Shown here piece after piece: positions 27,714-37,182 of a DNA stretch of 41,881 nucleotides. How positions within the stretch are numbered: the first letter of the stretch is position 1; every line of letters starts with the position of its first letter. The notes below the pieces were generated by a model that worked only from the letters and a program-made list of their open reading frames with translations, did no database searches and was not told the origin of the DNA. Made by a program: the position numbers and the translations under genes. This stretch comes from Candidatus Xenobia bacterium (GTDB lineage: Bacteria; Vulcanimicrobiota; CADAWZ01): the NCBI GenBank assembly GCA_045114665.1, contig JBGUKW010000034.1, positions 1 through 41,881 of the forward strand. The letters are read 5' to 3'.

Positions 27714-28577
27714 TTAGTATTTTTTTTGGAAGTCTTCATTTGACATACATAAATACATTATGGATTCTGCAATAGAAATACAATAAGGTAGAAAACTTAG
27801 CATAAATATTGCTTCGGAATCTGTAGCTAATGCAAATATGAGTGAGAAAAATGGAAATAAAGCATATAAAACTCCCCACCCATATTTTCCCAAATAGAAT
27901 TTGTGAGCTCCTAAAGTTCCAAAACAGAATGCCAATGCCGCAGCAAGAAATTTATTTTTTTTCTTTTTTGTTGGTTTATCCATTATGTTTATATTTATTT
28001 GTTGTTGCATAGGCATGCCTGTATTTTGCATATTTGGCATTTGATTGGGATATTGCATAGGCATACCCATATTTTGCATAATTGGCATTTGATTATGGTT
28101 TGGTATCCCCATATTTTGCATATTGGGATTGACCATTTGGTTTGGATGTTGCATAGGCATGCCTGTATTTTGCATATTTGGCATTTGATTGGGATATTGT
28201 ATTGGCATACCCATATTTTGCATAACTGGCATTTGATTATGGTTTGGCATACCCATATTTTGCATATTGGAATTAACCATTTGATTCGGATACCGCACTT
28301 GTGGCATACCTATATTTGGCAATGTAGGTATGGATGGCATAGTAGGCATATTAGGTATTTGTTTTTGAATATTTCCATTAAAAGGATCGTTTGGAATTTT
28401 TCTTAAGTTTATGCCTTGTTGTTCATTTGTAAAATTGTTAGGTATAGAATTCTCTTCAATATTATTTAATGATTTTGGGGGAGGAGATACTACTTTTATA
28501 TTTGAAAGTTCTGCCCCACAATTACTGCAAAATGTTGTTCCTTGAAGTTGCTCTGTGCCACAGGTTGGACAAAACAT
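27714..28577 (-). CDS. Zinc-ribbon + Q/N/M/P-rich linker + TM2 domain protein (paralogue)
   Basis: MFCPTCGTEQL...FCSNCG; KNKFLAAALAFCFGTLGAHKFYLG; RBS AAGGAG. Confidence 0.88.
   Translation of the reverse strand: MFCPTCGTEQLQGTTFCSNCGAELSNIKVVSPPPKSLNNIEENSIPNNFTNEQQGINLRKIPNDPFNGNIQKQIPNMPTMPSIPTLPNIGMPQVRYPNQMVNSNMQNMGMPNHNQMPVMQNMGMPIQYPNQMPNMQNTGMPMQHPNQMVNPNMQNMGIPNHNQMPIMQNMGMPMQYPNQMPNMQNTGMPMQQQININIMDKPTKKKKNKFLAAALAFCFGTLGAHKFYLGKYGWGVLYALFPFFSLIFALATDSEAIFMLSFLPYCISIAESIMYLCMSNEDFQKKY
28003..28290. repeat. 144-bp (48-aa) intragenic tandem duplication, two copies
   Basis: TTGCATAGGCATGCCTGTATTTTGC at 28005 and 28149; protein unit PNQMVN...GMPMQ repeated. Confidence 0.88.
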
Positions 28578-28644
28578 ATTTTTATCTCCTTTTCTTATAT
28601 TTGATTATAAAGAGGTAGTAGTTATTTTTTTATTGCACTTTGAT

Positions 28645-29514
28645 TTAATAATTTACTGGAATAGCGGTATAGTTGATTTGTGTTGTGAATTTGGCAAGAG
28701 GATCTTTACTTACATCATCATAATATTCATCTGTATGTGTTTCAACCACTGAATCTTTTAATTCTCCGTCTTTATCGTAATCAATGGCTTGTATTGTTTT
28801 TATAAAAAAATCATCTTTTAACCCCAAAACATTATTTGCATTTTGAGGAGTAAATACTTTTAGTGAATATCTAACACCTTTTCCTTTAAATTTTGGAACA
28901 AATGCTATGACATTTTGAGCTAAAATTCTATCAAGATGTTTATGGGAATATTTGGTTTTTGTAAGTGTATCAAATTTTAAGCTGTTTGCTGTATAATCAT
29001 TTGCATCGTCATATTTTAAAAATTCTAAATCTTTGTAGGCGTCATCAATTGTATAATATCTTTTGACAAGTATTTTGTGAGGACATACTTTCGTTAAATT
29101 TAGTTCTTTACAGTATTTACACTCTGTTTCTGTTTTAGCTGTAAAGTATAATATTTTGAATGACCAGTTTAGTGTGCTGTCATTTTCTTCTACAATATAA
29201 TCTACATCATTTTCATTTATATTTGTCTTGCCACTTTTATATTCTGCTTTTGATGCACTATTTAAAGCTATCCAACCATTTCCATATTCTAAATTATTTA
29301 ATTGTATCTCATTTTTTAGGGTGTTTCTTATAGCATAATTTATATCTGTTGTTGCGAGATTTATACTTTTGTCAGCTTGTAACTTGACATCTGTTTCTTT
29401 CCAATATTTTAATCCCAATTTAAATACTAAAAAGAATACCATTGCAAGTATTGAAAATATTATTGTTGCCACTAATGTTTCGATAATTGTGAAACCTTTA
29501 TTTTTTTTAATCAT
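28645..29514 (-). CDS. Type IV minor pilin / pseudopilin, PilW/PulJ-like (cassette 2)
   Basis: Class III signal KKNKG|FTIIE plus hydrophobic helix; paralogue of 32450-33340. Confidence 0.82.
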   Translation of the reverse strand: MIKKNKGFTIIETLVATIIFSILAMVFFLVFKLGLKYWKETDVKLQADKSINLATTDINYAIRNTLKNEIQLNNLEYGNGWIALNSASKAEYKSGKTNINENDVDYIVEENDSTLNWSFKILYFTAKTETECKYCKELNLTKVCPHKILVKRYYTIDDAYKDLEFLKYDDANDYTANSLKFDTLTKTKYSHKHLDRILAQNVIAFVPKFKGKGVRYSLKVFTPQNANNVLGLKDDFFIKTIQAIDYDKDGELKDSVVETHTDEYYDDVSKDPLAKFTTQINYTAIPVNY

Positions 29515-30019
29515 TTGATAACATTATAAGCCTTTTAAATTTTATATATTTTAAGCCTGTTCTATCTGCATGTGTAAATTTTTCTTTATTATTTTGTAGA
29601 TATTTATCCATATCTTGACTATTTGTTACTACTATTGAATTTATCAATTCAGGAGTGTTTATATTCCAAAATACAAATACATTGAGTTCTATGATGTATT
29701 TCTTTTTAAAATAGTCATCTGTAAGTGTTTTTAATTCTGTTATGCAATAGTAAGGTTTGCCATTTATTATATCTTTTGTTTTATAAATTTTTATCTCTTT
29801 ATCTCCATTTTTTTGTTCTGCTTTGATTTCTGATAGTATTTTTTTATCTATTGTTCCAGCAACCCTTTCAGAAATAGATGTAGCTATTGTCATCTCTGTT
29901 CCTTTTGAGGATGATTTCATCATAGATATATACATTGCTATCATCGACAATATTGCTATTGATATTATTGCAATACTTATAACAACTTCTAAGATTGTAA
30001 AACCTTTACTATTTTTCAT
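29507..30019 (-). CDS. Type IV minor pilin, PilV/PulI-like (cassette 2)
   Basis: KNSKG|FTILE plus hydrophobic helix; late V.V.W motif; paralogue of 33333-33788. Confidence 0.82.
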   Translation of the reverse strand: MKNSKGFTILEVVISIAIISIAILSMIAMYISMMKSSSKGTEMTIATSISERVAGTIDKKILSEIKAEQKNGDKEIKIYKTKDIINGKPYYCITELKTLTDDYFKKKYIIELNVFVFWNINTPELINSIVVTNSQDMDKYLQNNKEKFTHADRTGLKYIKFKRLIMLSND

Positions 30020-30022
30020 GAT

Positions 30023-32443
30023 TTAAAATACCGATTGAAAAACTAAATTAGTGATTATTCCATAATTTTGGAAAAATGGTACATAATCTGGATCATATTT
30101 TAGTTCAGATGATGAAACATTATTTATATTTATATTTCCTTTGGATATCAAAGCTCCTAAAATATTAAAAGAGTGCTTTGAGCTATTTATATTTATATTT
30201 CCGTTTGAATATACTGTTCCCTTTACCTCTGTACTTGCTATTGCATTTTTTATATATGCTTCCAAATAATCTTCTAAATATGTATCTGTTACTTCAATAT
30301 CTATATCATCTTCATCATCTTGTAGATCACTTTTCCAAGCTGTTTTTTTCCCTGTTCCTTGCGTTGTAGCTATTTTTTTATCTATGAATTGTTTCTTTTT
30401 GTGATCATAGGTTGAAAATAACATGTTATTACCATCATATATCGTATTATTTGGATTATATTTATCTTTATATGAGTTAAAAGCTAGTCTATCAAGAATA
30501 CCCACTTTTTTATTATTGATTTTAACTTCATAATCTCCAATATGTATACCAGTTCGATGTATTTGTATTTTTGTATTGACTCCACTTTTATTATTATCTA
30601 TACTACCTGATAAAATGCCTTTTATTTTTCCGTGTGTGAATGTATATAAATAATTTTCATTTTTATATACATTTACTTTTGAATCTTTTAATTCTATTGT
30701 AATTTCACTAAGCTTTTTATTGTTATCTTCCATAAAGAATGAATATGAGTCTCCATGGGTTGTGTCAATGTCAACATCGTCAATCGTTTCATTTACTGTA
30801 TATGTGTTTTTACCTATTTGTATTTTACTGCCATCTGAAGTTGTTATGCCTTTTTTAAAAGCAGATTCATAAGCTTTGCTTAAAAGTTTATCTGTTACAC
30901 TGCTATCTGTGTCAGAACTTAAATTTTTGGCTTCTTTTATATTGACATCTCCATTTGCCCAAATTGCAACACCACTTTGAGGCTTTGTCTCCATTACAGA
31001 ACCTGAATTCATTGTCAAATTGCCATTTGACAAGATTTTTCCTGTCCCTGTAACTTCTCCCTTTATTGTCAAATCTCCATTTGTTTTTAATGTTCCATTG
31101 CCAATCGAAAAATCAACAGAAAGATTTGAATTTTTATATGTTGTTTTTGTTTGATTTGTATCTTTATCGACAACTGAATATTTGTCTGCAACCATAAATG
31201 TTACTGGACCATCTGAAGAAACATTATCTGTAATGCTTATTCTTCTTGTTGGCTCTTGAACTGTTACATGCTCCATTTTTGTTTTTCCACGGCGGTCTCT
31301 CTTCATTATAACTTTATCTACTTCTGAAGTGAACGAAATGCCTGTTTTATTTTTCACTTCTTCTGGATTATTAGTTTTTATAAAATTATCTATATCTTGA
31401 TTATCTATGTTTTGTGGAAAATATTGCCATTCACCTGTACCTGACTTTTTATCTCTAACAAATACATAAGTGCCAGATGATATTTTTGATTTGAATGAAC
31501 TGTCAGAGATTTTGGCATTTTTCATAGCATTTTCAATAGTATCTATAGTGCTTATCTCATCTTTATTTGGTGTGTTGTTGTCGAATATAATATTATTACT
31601 TTCTAATTCTTCTCTGTCTGATGTTTTTGTTCTCTTTCCAATTTGTGCTTCATTACTCGATATTATTGTAGGTTTTTTTGTGTATATAAGGTTGCCTATG
31701 TCATTTGTTACACCAGTTAAAGAAAAATCTCTTCCTGCTATAAGTTTGCCACTTTTTGCGGAGTTTTTATTTAATATTGATAGAGCTGGTTCATTTAAAA
31801 TTGAATTTTGTTTTGTTTGGTGTATTGATATATTTCCAAAGGCATTGCTTCCTTGATCTAAAACTGAAGGTCCATCTGATGTGAAAACTGTTTCAATATA
31901 TTTTACTCTCTTTCCACATTTCCCCTTAACTACAAGATAAAAAGCTTCGCCAGGAATATCTCTTCTAAATAGTATTTTTTCTCCATTAATATTTATGCCT
32001 GATTCTTTTGAAATTGAAGCTTTATTGTTTAAATTATTTATCGAGGCAAATCTACATCTATCTTCATGTTTATCGTCAAAAACGATGTCAAATCTTGAGT
32101 CATATTCTGTTTCAGATAAATTTGTCTCAGGATTTAGCTTTATATATCCTGTTAGATATTTATTATCTCTTTTTATAATTATGTCTTGACCATTTGACAA
32201 TTTTGAAGTTACGCTTGTATTTTCTCCCCAATGTTTGTTTTCATACAATTCTGCTTTTACTAATTCGACACCAGATAGAGCTGCTAAATATGCCTGTTCA
32301 CTATCTGAATAGCTTTTACCACCTGAAAGAGAGCTCATGCCATTTTGTACAATGATAAGAGTCATCATTGTCATAATTGCCATAAATAATAAAGTTGTTA
32401 TTAATATAATTCCAGACTTTTTATTTTTCTTCATGGCATTCAT
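30023..32443 (-). CDS. Giant PilX/PulK-like pilin (cassette 2)
   Basis: KKSG|IILIT (no Glu at +5), EQAYLAALSG, C-terminal GALI..G...YDP; true start may be 32434. Confidence 0.8.
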   Translation of the reverse strand: MNAMKKNKKSGIILITTLLFMAIMTMMTLIIVQNGMSSLSGGKSYSDSEQAYLAALSGVELVKAELYENKHWGENTSVTSKLSNGQDIIIKRDNKYLTGYIKLNPETNLSETEYDSRFDIVFDDKHEDRCRFASINNLNNKASISKESGININGEKILFRRDIPGEAFYLVVKGKCGKRVKYIETVFTSDGPSVLDQGSNAFGNISIHQTKQNSILNEPALSILNKNSAKSGKLIAGRDFSLTGVTNDIGNLIYTKKPTIISSNEAQIGKRTKTSDREELESNNIIFDNNTPNKDEISTIDTIENAMKNAKISDSSFKSKISSGTYVFVRDKKSGTGEWQYFPQNIDNQDIDNFIKTNNPEEVKNKTGISFTSEVDKVIMKRDRRGKTKMEHVTVQEPTRRISITDNVSSDGPVTFMVADKYSVVDKDTNQTKTTYKNSNLSVDFSIGNGTLKTNGDLTIKGEVTGTGKILSNGNLTMNSGSVMETKPQSGVAIWANGDVNIKEAKNLSSDTDSSVTDKLLSKAYESAFKKGITTSDGSKIQIGKNTYTVNETIDDVDIDTTHGDSYSFFMEDNNKKLSEITIELKDSKVNVYKNENYLYTFTHGKIKGILSGSIDNNKSGVNTKIQIHRTGIHIGDYEVKINNKKVGILDRLAFNSYKDKYNPNNTIYDGNNMLFSTYDHKKKQFIDKKIATTQGTGKKTAWKSDLQDDEDDIDIEVTDTYLEDYLEAYIKNAIASTEVKGTVYSNGNININSSKHSFNILGALISKGNININNVSSSELKYDPDYVPFFQNYGIITNLVFQSVF

Positions 32444-32449
32444 CCTCTT

Positions 32450-33340
32450 TTATTTATTTAATGGTTGTACGGTATAATTTATTTGTGTTGTGAATTTAGA
32501 TAGTTTGTCATTTACAGTTGTATTATTATTTCCTGTAACAGTTGTTTGAGAACCAGCAAGTTCCAATCCCATGTTTTTTTCAATATCTAATTCTGATGCT
32601 TTTATTGTTGTTTCTAAATCGCTCTCTTCTATTGAACTTCTTACTAAATTGTGTTCTTTTAATAATTTAAGTGTATATACTACCTCATTATTTTCGTTTA
32701 ACGCTGGAATAAAAACTATTACATTTTTAGCCAAAATTTTATCGTATTTCTTTTTATTATCTCCCTCATAGCTTTTGAAGAGATCATTTATACTTGTTTC
32801 TTCTGACCATTTTAAAAGGTTTGGATTTTGGTTATCTTTGTCAATTTCATCATTTAGAGCAAAATATCTTTTAACTAAATACTTATGTGGACAGATAGCA
32901 GAACTTAAACCCATATCAACACATTTTGGACAAGGTGATATCTTAGCCGTAAAATATGCTATTTTAAAATTCCAATTTACTTGGCTCGATGTTCCAGATA
33001 TATTAAAATCCAAGTCATTGTTTAATATATTCCCAGTTGTTGAATCATAAGTTGAAGCACTTGACATCAAAATATAATGTAAAACATCTTTGCTATTTGT
33101 TCCCTGTAAACCAGATGATATTTTGAGGCTTGCAAGAGAAGTATTTCTGATTGAAAAATTTATATCTTGAGTCGCTAAATTTATTCCTCGTTCATTTTCC
33201 AACCTTGAACTTGATTCTGCTAAATACCTATGACCATTATTGAAACAAGCAAATAATATCATTGATATAAATGCAAATATGGAACAAGCTATTACTGCTT
33301 CTGCTATTGTAAAACCTTTAAAATTTCTTTTTTTAATCAT
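32450..33340 (-). CDS. Type IV minor pilin / pseudopilin, PilW/PulJ-like (cassette 1)
   Basis: RNFKG|FTIAE plus hydrophobic helix. Confidence 0.82.
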   Translation of the reverse strand: MIKKRNFKGFTIAEAVIACSIFAFISMILFACFNNGHRYLAESSSRLENERGINLATQDINFSIRNTSLASLKISSGLQGTNSKDVLHYILMSSASTYDSTTGNILNNDLDFNISGTSSQVNWNFKIAYFTAKISPCPKCVDMGLSSAICPHKYLVKRYFALNDEIDKDNQNPNLLKWSEETSINDLFKSYEGDNKKKYDKILAKNVIVFIPALNENNEVVYTLKLLKEHNLVRSSIEESDLETTIKASELDIEKNMGLELAGSQTTVTGNNNTTVNDKLSKFTTQINYTVQPLNK

Positions 33341-33788
33341 TGTCTGTAATCATTATAAGCCTTGAAAATTTGACTGAATTTTTTTCATTTACTACATTTT
33401 TTAATGTAGTTTCACTTGTTGCTTCTACATCCCAACTGACTGTGCAGTCTATTTGTAATAGATTTGTATCTTTTAGATAATTGCCATTCACAGGATATAT
33501 TTCTGCATAGTAATAATATGGAACATCATTTACAAAATCTTTGCCAGATATTGTCTCTTTTATATTTGATTGATTGGCTTTCATTTTAATTTTGATATCT
33601 GATATCTTTTTATTTGCAATATCTTGCATTACTCTTGTTGCTAATGATGAAGCTATTGTTTTTCCAACACCTTTTGATTCTGCTTGTATTATTGATGTAT
33701 AAATAGCTATTATCATCAATATAGCAGTAGATATTATCATTATGCTTAGTGCCACTTCTATTATACTAAATCCACTGTTTTTTCTCAT
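33333..33788 (-). CDS. Type IV minor pilin, PilV/PulI-like (cassette 1)
   Basis: RKNSG|FSIIE plus hydrophobic helix; CTVSW motif. Confidence 0.82.
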   Translation of the reverse strand: MRKNSGFSIIEVALSIMIISTAILMIIAIYTSIIQAESKGVGKTIASSLATRVMQDIANKKISDIKIKMKANQSNIKETISGKDFVNDVPYYYYAEIYPVNGNYLKDTNLLQIDCTVSWDVEATSETTLKNVVNEKNSVKFSRLIMITDND

Positions 33789-33790
33789 GA

Positions 33791-36571
33791 TTAAAACACC
33801 GATTCAAATAGAGATCTTGTAAAAATGCCTTCATCATTAAAAAATGGAACATAGTCAGGATCATAAGTCAATGTCGCATGTGTAACACCATCTATATTTA
33901 AAGAACCCTTGGCTGTTATCAAAGCTCCTGTTATATTAAATTCTCCACCACTTCCATTTATATTTATATTGCCTTCTTTTGAATATATTGTTCCTTTTAC
34001 CTCAGTATTGGCTATTTGTTTTTTATAATAGTTGACAACATATTCTTCCATAGTTTTTGATTTTTGCTTTACTTTTTCATCCGCTTGTTTAGCTGTAGTA
34101 GCTACTGCTGTTGGGTTGGATATTTTAAAGTCTTTATATCTATTTTCATCATCTATTTTATTTAAATTCCAATAATTATTTGTTGAAAAGAATATGTTAT
34201 TATCTGCAGATGTCTTTTTTTCATTATCTTTATATTTCTGAGTGTATTTAGTTTTGTTTATATCAATTATTCCAATAGATTTACCATCTATAGATAAAAG
34301 CATATCCCCTAAATGATTATCACTACGATATTTATAGTTTTGATAACTATCATACTCTTCTAATTTTACTCCATTGCTTTCTATTTTTTTTATACTCAGG
34401 TTATTAAAGAGAAAATCATTTTGTTCATATTTATCAAGTAAATTTATGGTTTTGTAAGAACGATTACCATAATCCCAGTAGGTATAATCATACATACCCT
34501 TTTTTAGCTGTTCAGTTGTACTTCTAAATATAGGTTCCTTCTTATTATTCTTATATATATATATTGTATCACTTTTTATTTCAATTGTATAAGTTGCTTC
34601 TATATTATTATTTTTCTTTTGGTATTTATTAAATGTAATCGTTTGTACTGTATTATTTGTTTGTGTTGAATCATTTTCTGTTGAAATTATTTGTGTATTT
34701 TTACCATTTATATTGATATCTGAACCTTCAGAATTTAAACCAGAGTTTTTGGCTTCTTCTATACCATCTTCTATGATTGCATTTTGTAGTGATTCAGACT
34801 CAGATGTCAAATTTTTTGCTTCTTTTATGTCAACATTTCCCTTTGCCCAAACAGCTACACCACTATTTGCCTGGGTTTCAAGTGTGGAACCTGAATTCAT
34901 TGTCAGATTGCCATCACAATATATTTTACCACTTCCTGTAACTTCGCCTTCTATAAAAAGATTTGCATTTCCTGAATTTGCTTGTGTTTTTATTACACCT
35001 TTATCACTTATTGAAAAATCGACAGTATTTTCACTCGATTGTGTGTATTTGTAATTAGTTGTATCTTCTGCTGTATTATTTTCTGTTGCCCCACTATTAT
35101 TAGATGTATCATTTTCATTAGGTGTCTCATTATTGTCTTTATTTTTTTTATTTGGATTTTGTTTGTCAACAACAATAAAGCTCAAATTTCCTTTTGATTC
35201 TACTTTTCCTATTATATTTATTTTTCTTGTTTCTTGTCTTTTGCCTTCATTTTCTTTTGTAACAAACTTTATATTTGTATATTTATCTTTATCATCAATA
35301 TTTAGCTTTTCAAATTTTGTTGTGCTTATCTCTTGATTTTCTGTTTCAGCTGTTATTATATCATCTGTATATGCCCAATAGCTTTTTTCTGGTTTTTCAA
35401 TATCATTTATGAATACATAAGTTCCAGATTTTAATTCTGTATATTTGTTATCATCAGATGTTTCAGTAGATGTATTTTCTGTTGTATCTCCTGCTACTGT
35501 ATTAATATCTGAAAGAGAGTTTATCTTGTCACTTATTTTTGGATTAGGATCATATTTTATATGTGATGGTGTATCTTTAATATCTGTAGAATTTGTTGAA
35601 GATTGTTTAAAATTTCCGACTGTAATTCCCTTCGAAGATATTATTGTTTTGTTTTTAGCATTTAGCAAATAGGCAGGATCGTTTATTGTTCCATTTTTTC
35701 CTATTCCATCTATTTTTAGTGAATTTGCACTTGTTATTTTGCCATTTTTATCTGCACTTTTGTTGTTTATTGTTATAAATGGATTGTCAGAATTATAATC
35801 TTCTTCATAACTTATTATGTTGTTTTCTGAAGTAGTTGTATAGGAATTAATATTTACTTCACCATTTATCATACTTCCGCCGTCGAGAGATTTTGGACCA
35901 TTTGATACAAATATTGCTTCTGCATATCTAACAGTTTTTCCACAAGTACCTTTTACATATGCATAAAACGATTTTGCAGGTACATCTCTTTTGTTTTTAG
36001 TTGTATCTTCTGTCGTGTTTTGTGATGTTTGTTCTGATGAATCTTGATTATCTTCTGAATTAGGTATTTGAATATTTGATGATTCATCATTATTAGATGT
36101 ATCTTTCAAAATATTATTTTCATTGTCAATATTGTTTATACAAGCATATTCTTTATTTGTTGGGTTATTTTTAAAGAAAATTTCAAATTTTGAATCATAG
36201 TTATTTTCTGATACTTGACCTTTTGAGGAATCGAGTAATATATAGCCAGTAAGTCCGTTATTATCGGCATTTTCTTTTATTATGATAGTCTGTGATGTAT
36301 TGTCAGAAGATGTAGAAGAAGGTTGTATTTGTAATTGGTTATTTTTATATGTTCCCCAGGCTCTATCTCTGTACAGTTGACCTTTTATGAATTCCAATCC
36401 AGATACTGCAGCTAAATATGCCTGTTCACCATCTGCATATCTATTACCGCCCATCAAAGTCTCTTTACCATTTTTGGCAATGACAACGGCAAGCATGAAT
36501 GCTATTGCCATAAATAATAAAGTTGTTATTAATATAATTCCAGACTTTTTATTTTTTTTCATGGCATTCAC
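33791..36571 (-). CDS. Giant PilX/PulK-like pilin (cassette 1)
   Basis: KKSG|IILIT, EQAYLAAVSG, C-terminal GALIT..G...YDPDYVPFF; true start may be 36562. Confidence 0.8.
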   Translation of the reverse strand: MNAMKKNKKSGIILITTLLFMAIAFMLAVVIAKNGKETLMGGNRYADGEQAYLAAVSGLEFIKGQLYRDRAWGTYKNNQLQIQPSSTSSDNTSQTIIIKENADNNGLTGYILLDSSKGQVSENNYDSKFEIFFKNNPTNKEYACINNIDNENNILKDTSNNDESSNIQIPNSEDNQDSSEQTSQNTTEDTTKNKRDVPAKSFYAYVKGTCGKTVRYAEAIFVSNGPKSLDGGSMINGEVNINSYTTTSENNIISYEEDYNSDNPFITINNKSADKNGKITSANSLKIDGIGKNGTINDPAYLLNAKNKTIISSKGITVGNFKQSSTNSTDIKDTPSHIKYDPNPKISDKINSLSDINTVAGDTTENTSTETSDDNKYTELKSGTYVFINDIEKPEKSYWAYTDDIITAETENQEISTTKFEKLNIDDKDKYTNIKFVTKENEGKRQETRKINIIGKVESKGNLSFIVVDKQNPNKKNKDNNETPNENDTSNNSGATENNTAEDTTNYKYTQSSENTVDFSISDKGVIKTQANSGNANLFIEGEVTGSGKIYCDGNLTMNSGSTLETQANSGVAVWAKGNVDIKEAKNLTSESESLQNAIIEDGIEEAKNSGLNSEGSDININGKNTQIISTENDSTQTNNTVQTITFNKYQKKNNNIEATYTIEIKSDTIYIYKNNKKEPIFRSTTEQLKKGMYDYTYWDYGNRSYKTINLLDKYEQNDFLFNNLSIKKIESNGVKLEEYDSYQNYKYRSDNHLGDMLLSIDGKSIGIIDINKTKYTQKYKDNEKKTSADNNIFFSTNNYWNLNKIDDENRYKDFKISNPTAVATTAKQADEKVKQKSKTMEEYVVNYYKKQIANTEVKGTIYSKEGNININGSGGEFNITGALITAKGSLNIDGVTHATLTYDPDYVPFFNDEGIFTRSLFESVF

Positions 36572-36584
36572 CTTCTTTTATGCA

Positions 36585-37109
36585 TTAAAATTTTACTTCC
36601 CCAGGAGGCATTAATACGATTCTCCAACGATTGTCTTCTAATTTCATTGTAATTTTGTCAGATACAGTATCGTCTTTCGATTTTTCCATTTGTAATACTG
36701 CAGTATCACCTTCAATAGTAACTTTTTCGATTTTTCTTTCTGGTACAAGACTTTTTAAGAGATAATCTCTCAATTCAGTATGTTCAAGTTGAAAAACAAA
36801 AAAGTCTTTTGCAGTCATTTTTTCCATATCTTCAATAGTCATATTTGTATTTGGAAATTTTATCTGCTTTTTATCTTTTGGTATTTTTTTTAAATTATCG
36901 ACAAATGGTTTATAGATAAAATCGGTATATTGTTTTTGAGTTCCGTAAGCAAGCAGATTCCAAACTTCTTCGTAATTTCTATTTGAAACAGCTGATAAAA
37001 ATTCATTATATGACTTTTCAACTTTTTTTTCTTCAGATGTAAAAAAACTACAAGATGAAATTAATATTACACTTATTAATATTATAGCAGTAAAAATGTG
37101 TTTTTTCAA
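36585..37109 (-). CDS. Lipoprotein, possible NTF2-like fold
   Basis: Lipobox ISSC; EFLSAV..RNYEEVWNLL and VTIEGDTAV...MKLEDNRWRI pattern; TTG start with RBS AAGGA. Confidence 0.75.
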   Translation of the reverse strand: MKKHIFTAIILISVILISSCSFFTSEEKKVEKSYNEFLSAVSNRNYEEVWNLLAYGTQKQYTDFIYKPFVDNLKKIPKDKKQIKFPNTNMTIEDMEKMTAKDFFVFQLEHTELRDYLLKSLVPERKIEKVTIEGDTAVLQMEKSKDDTVSDKITMKLEDNRWRIVLMPPGEVKF

Positions 37110-37182
37110 TTTTTTATTTCCTTAAAATTAAAAATATTTAATATTATATAATTCATTTTATATTTGTAAAAACCTTTATTAT

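Noticed and set aside
27187-28406. Plus-strand ORFs with striking His/Trp repeats (HTHWHLV, 27187-27567 and 27999-28406)
   Set aside because: Antisense shadows of the Met/Pro/Asn/Gln repeats in the minus-strand TM2 genes; no RBS or independent support
28645-36571. Diversity-generating retroelement or shufflon acting on the pilin genes
   Set aside because: No reverse transcriptase or recombinase, no near-identical template/variable repeat pair with adenine-specific differences, and all cassettes are co-oriented and full length
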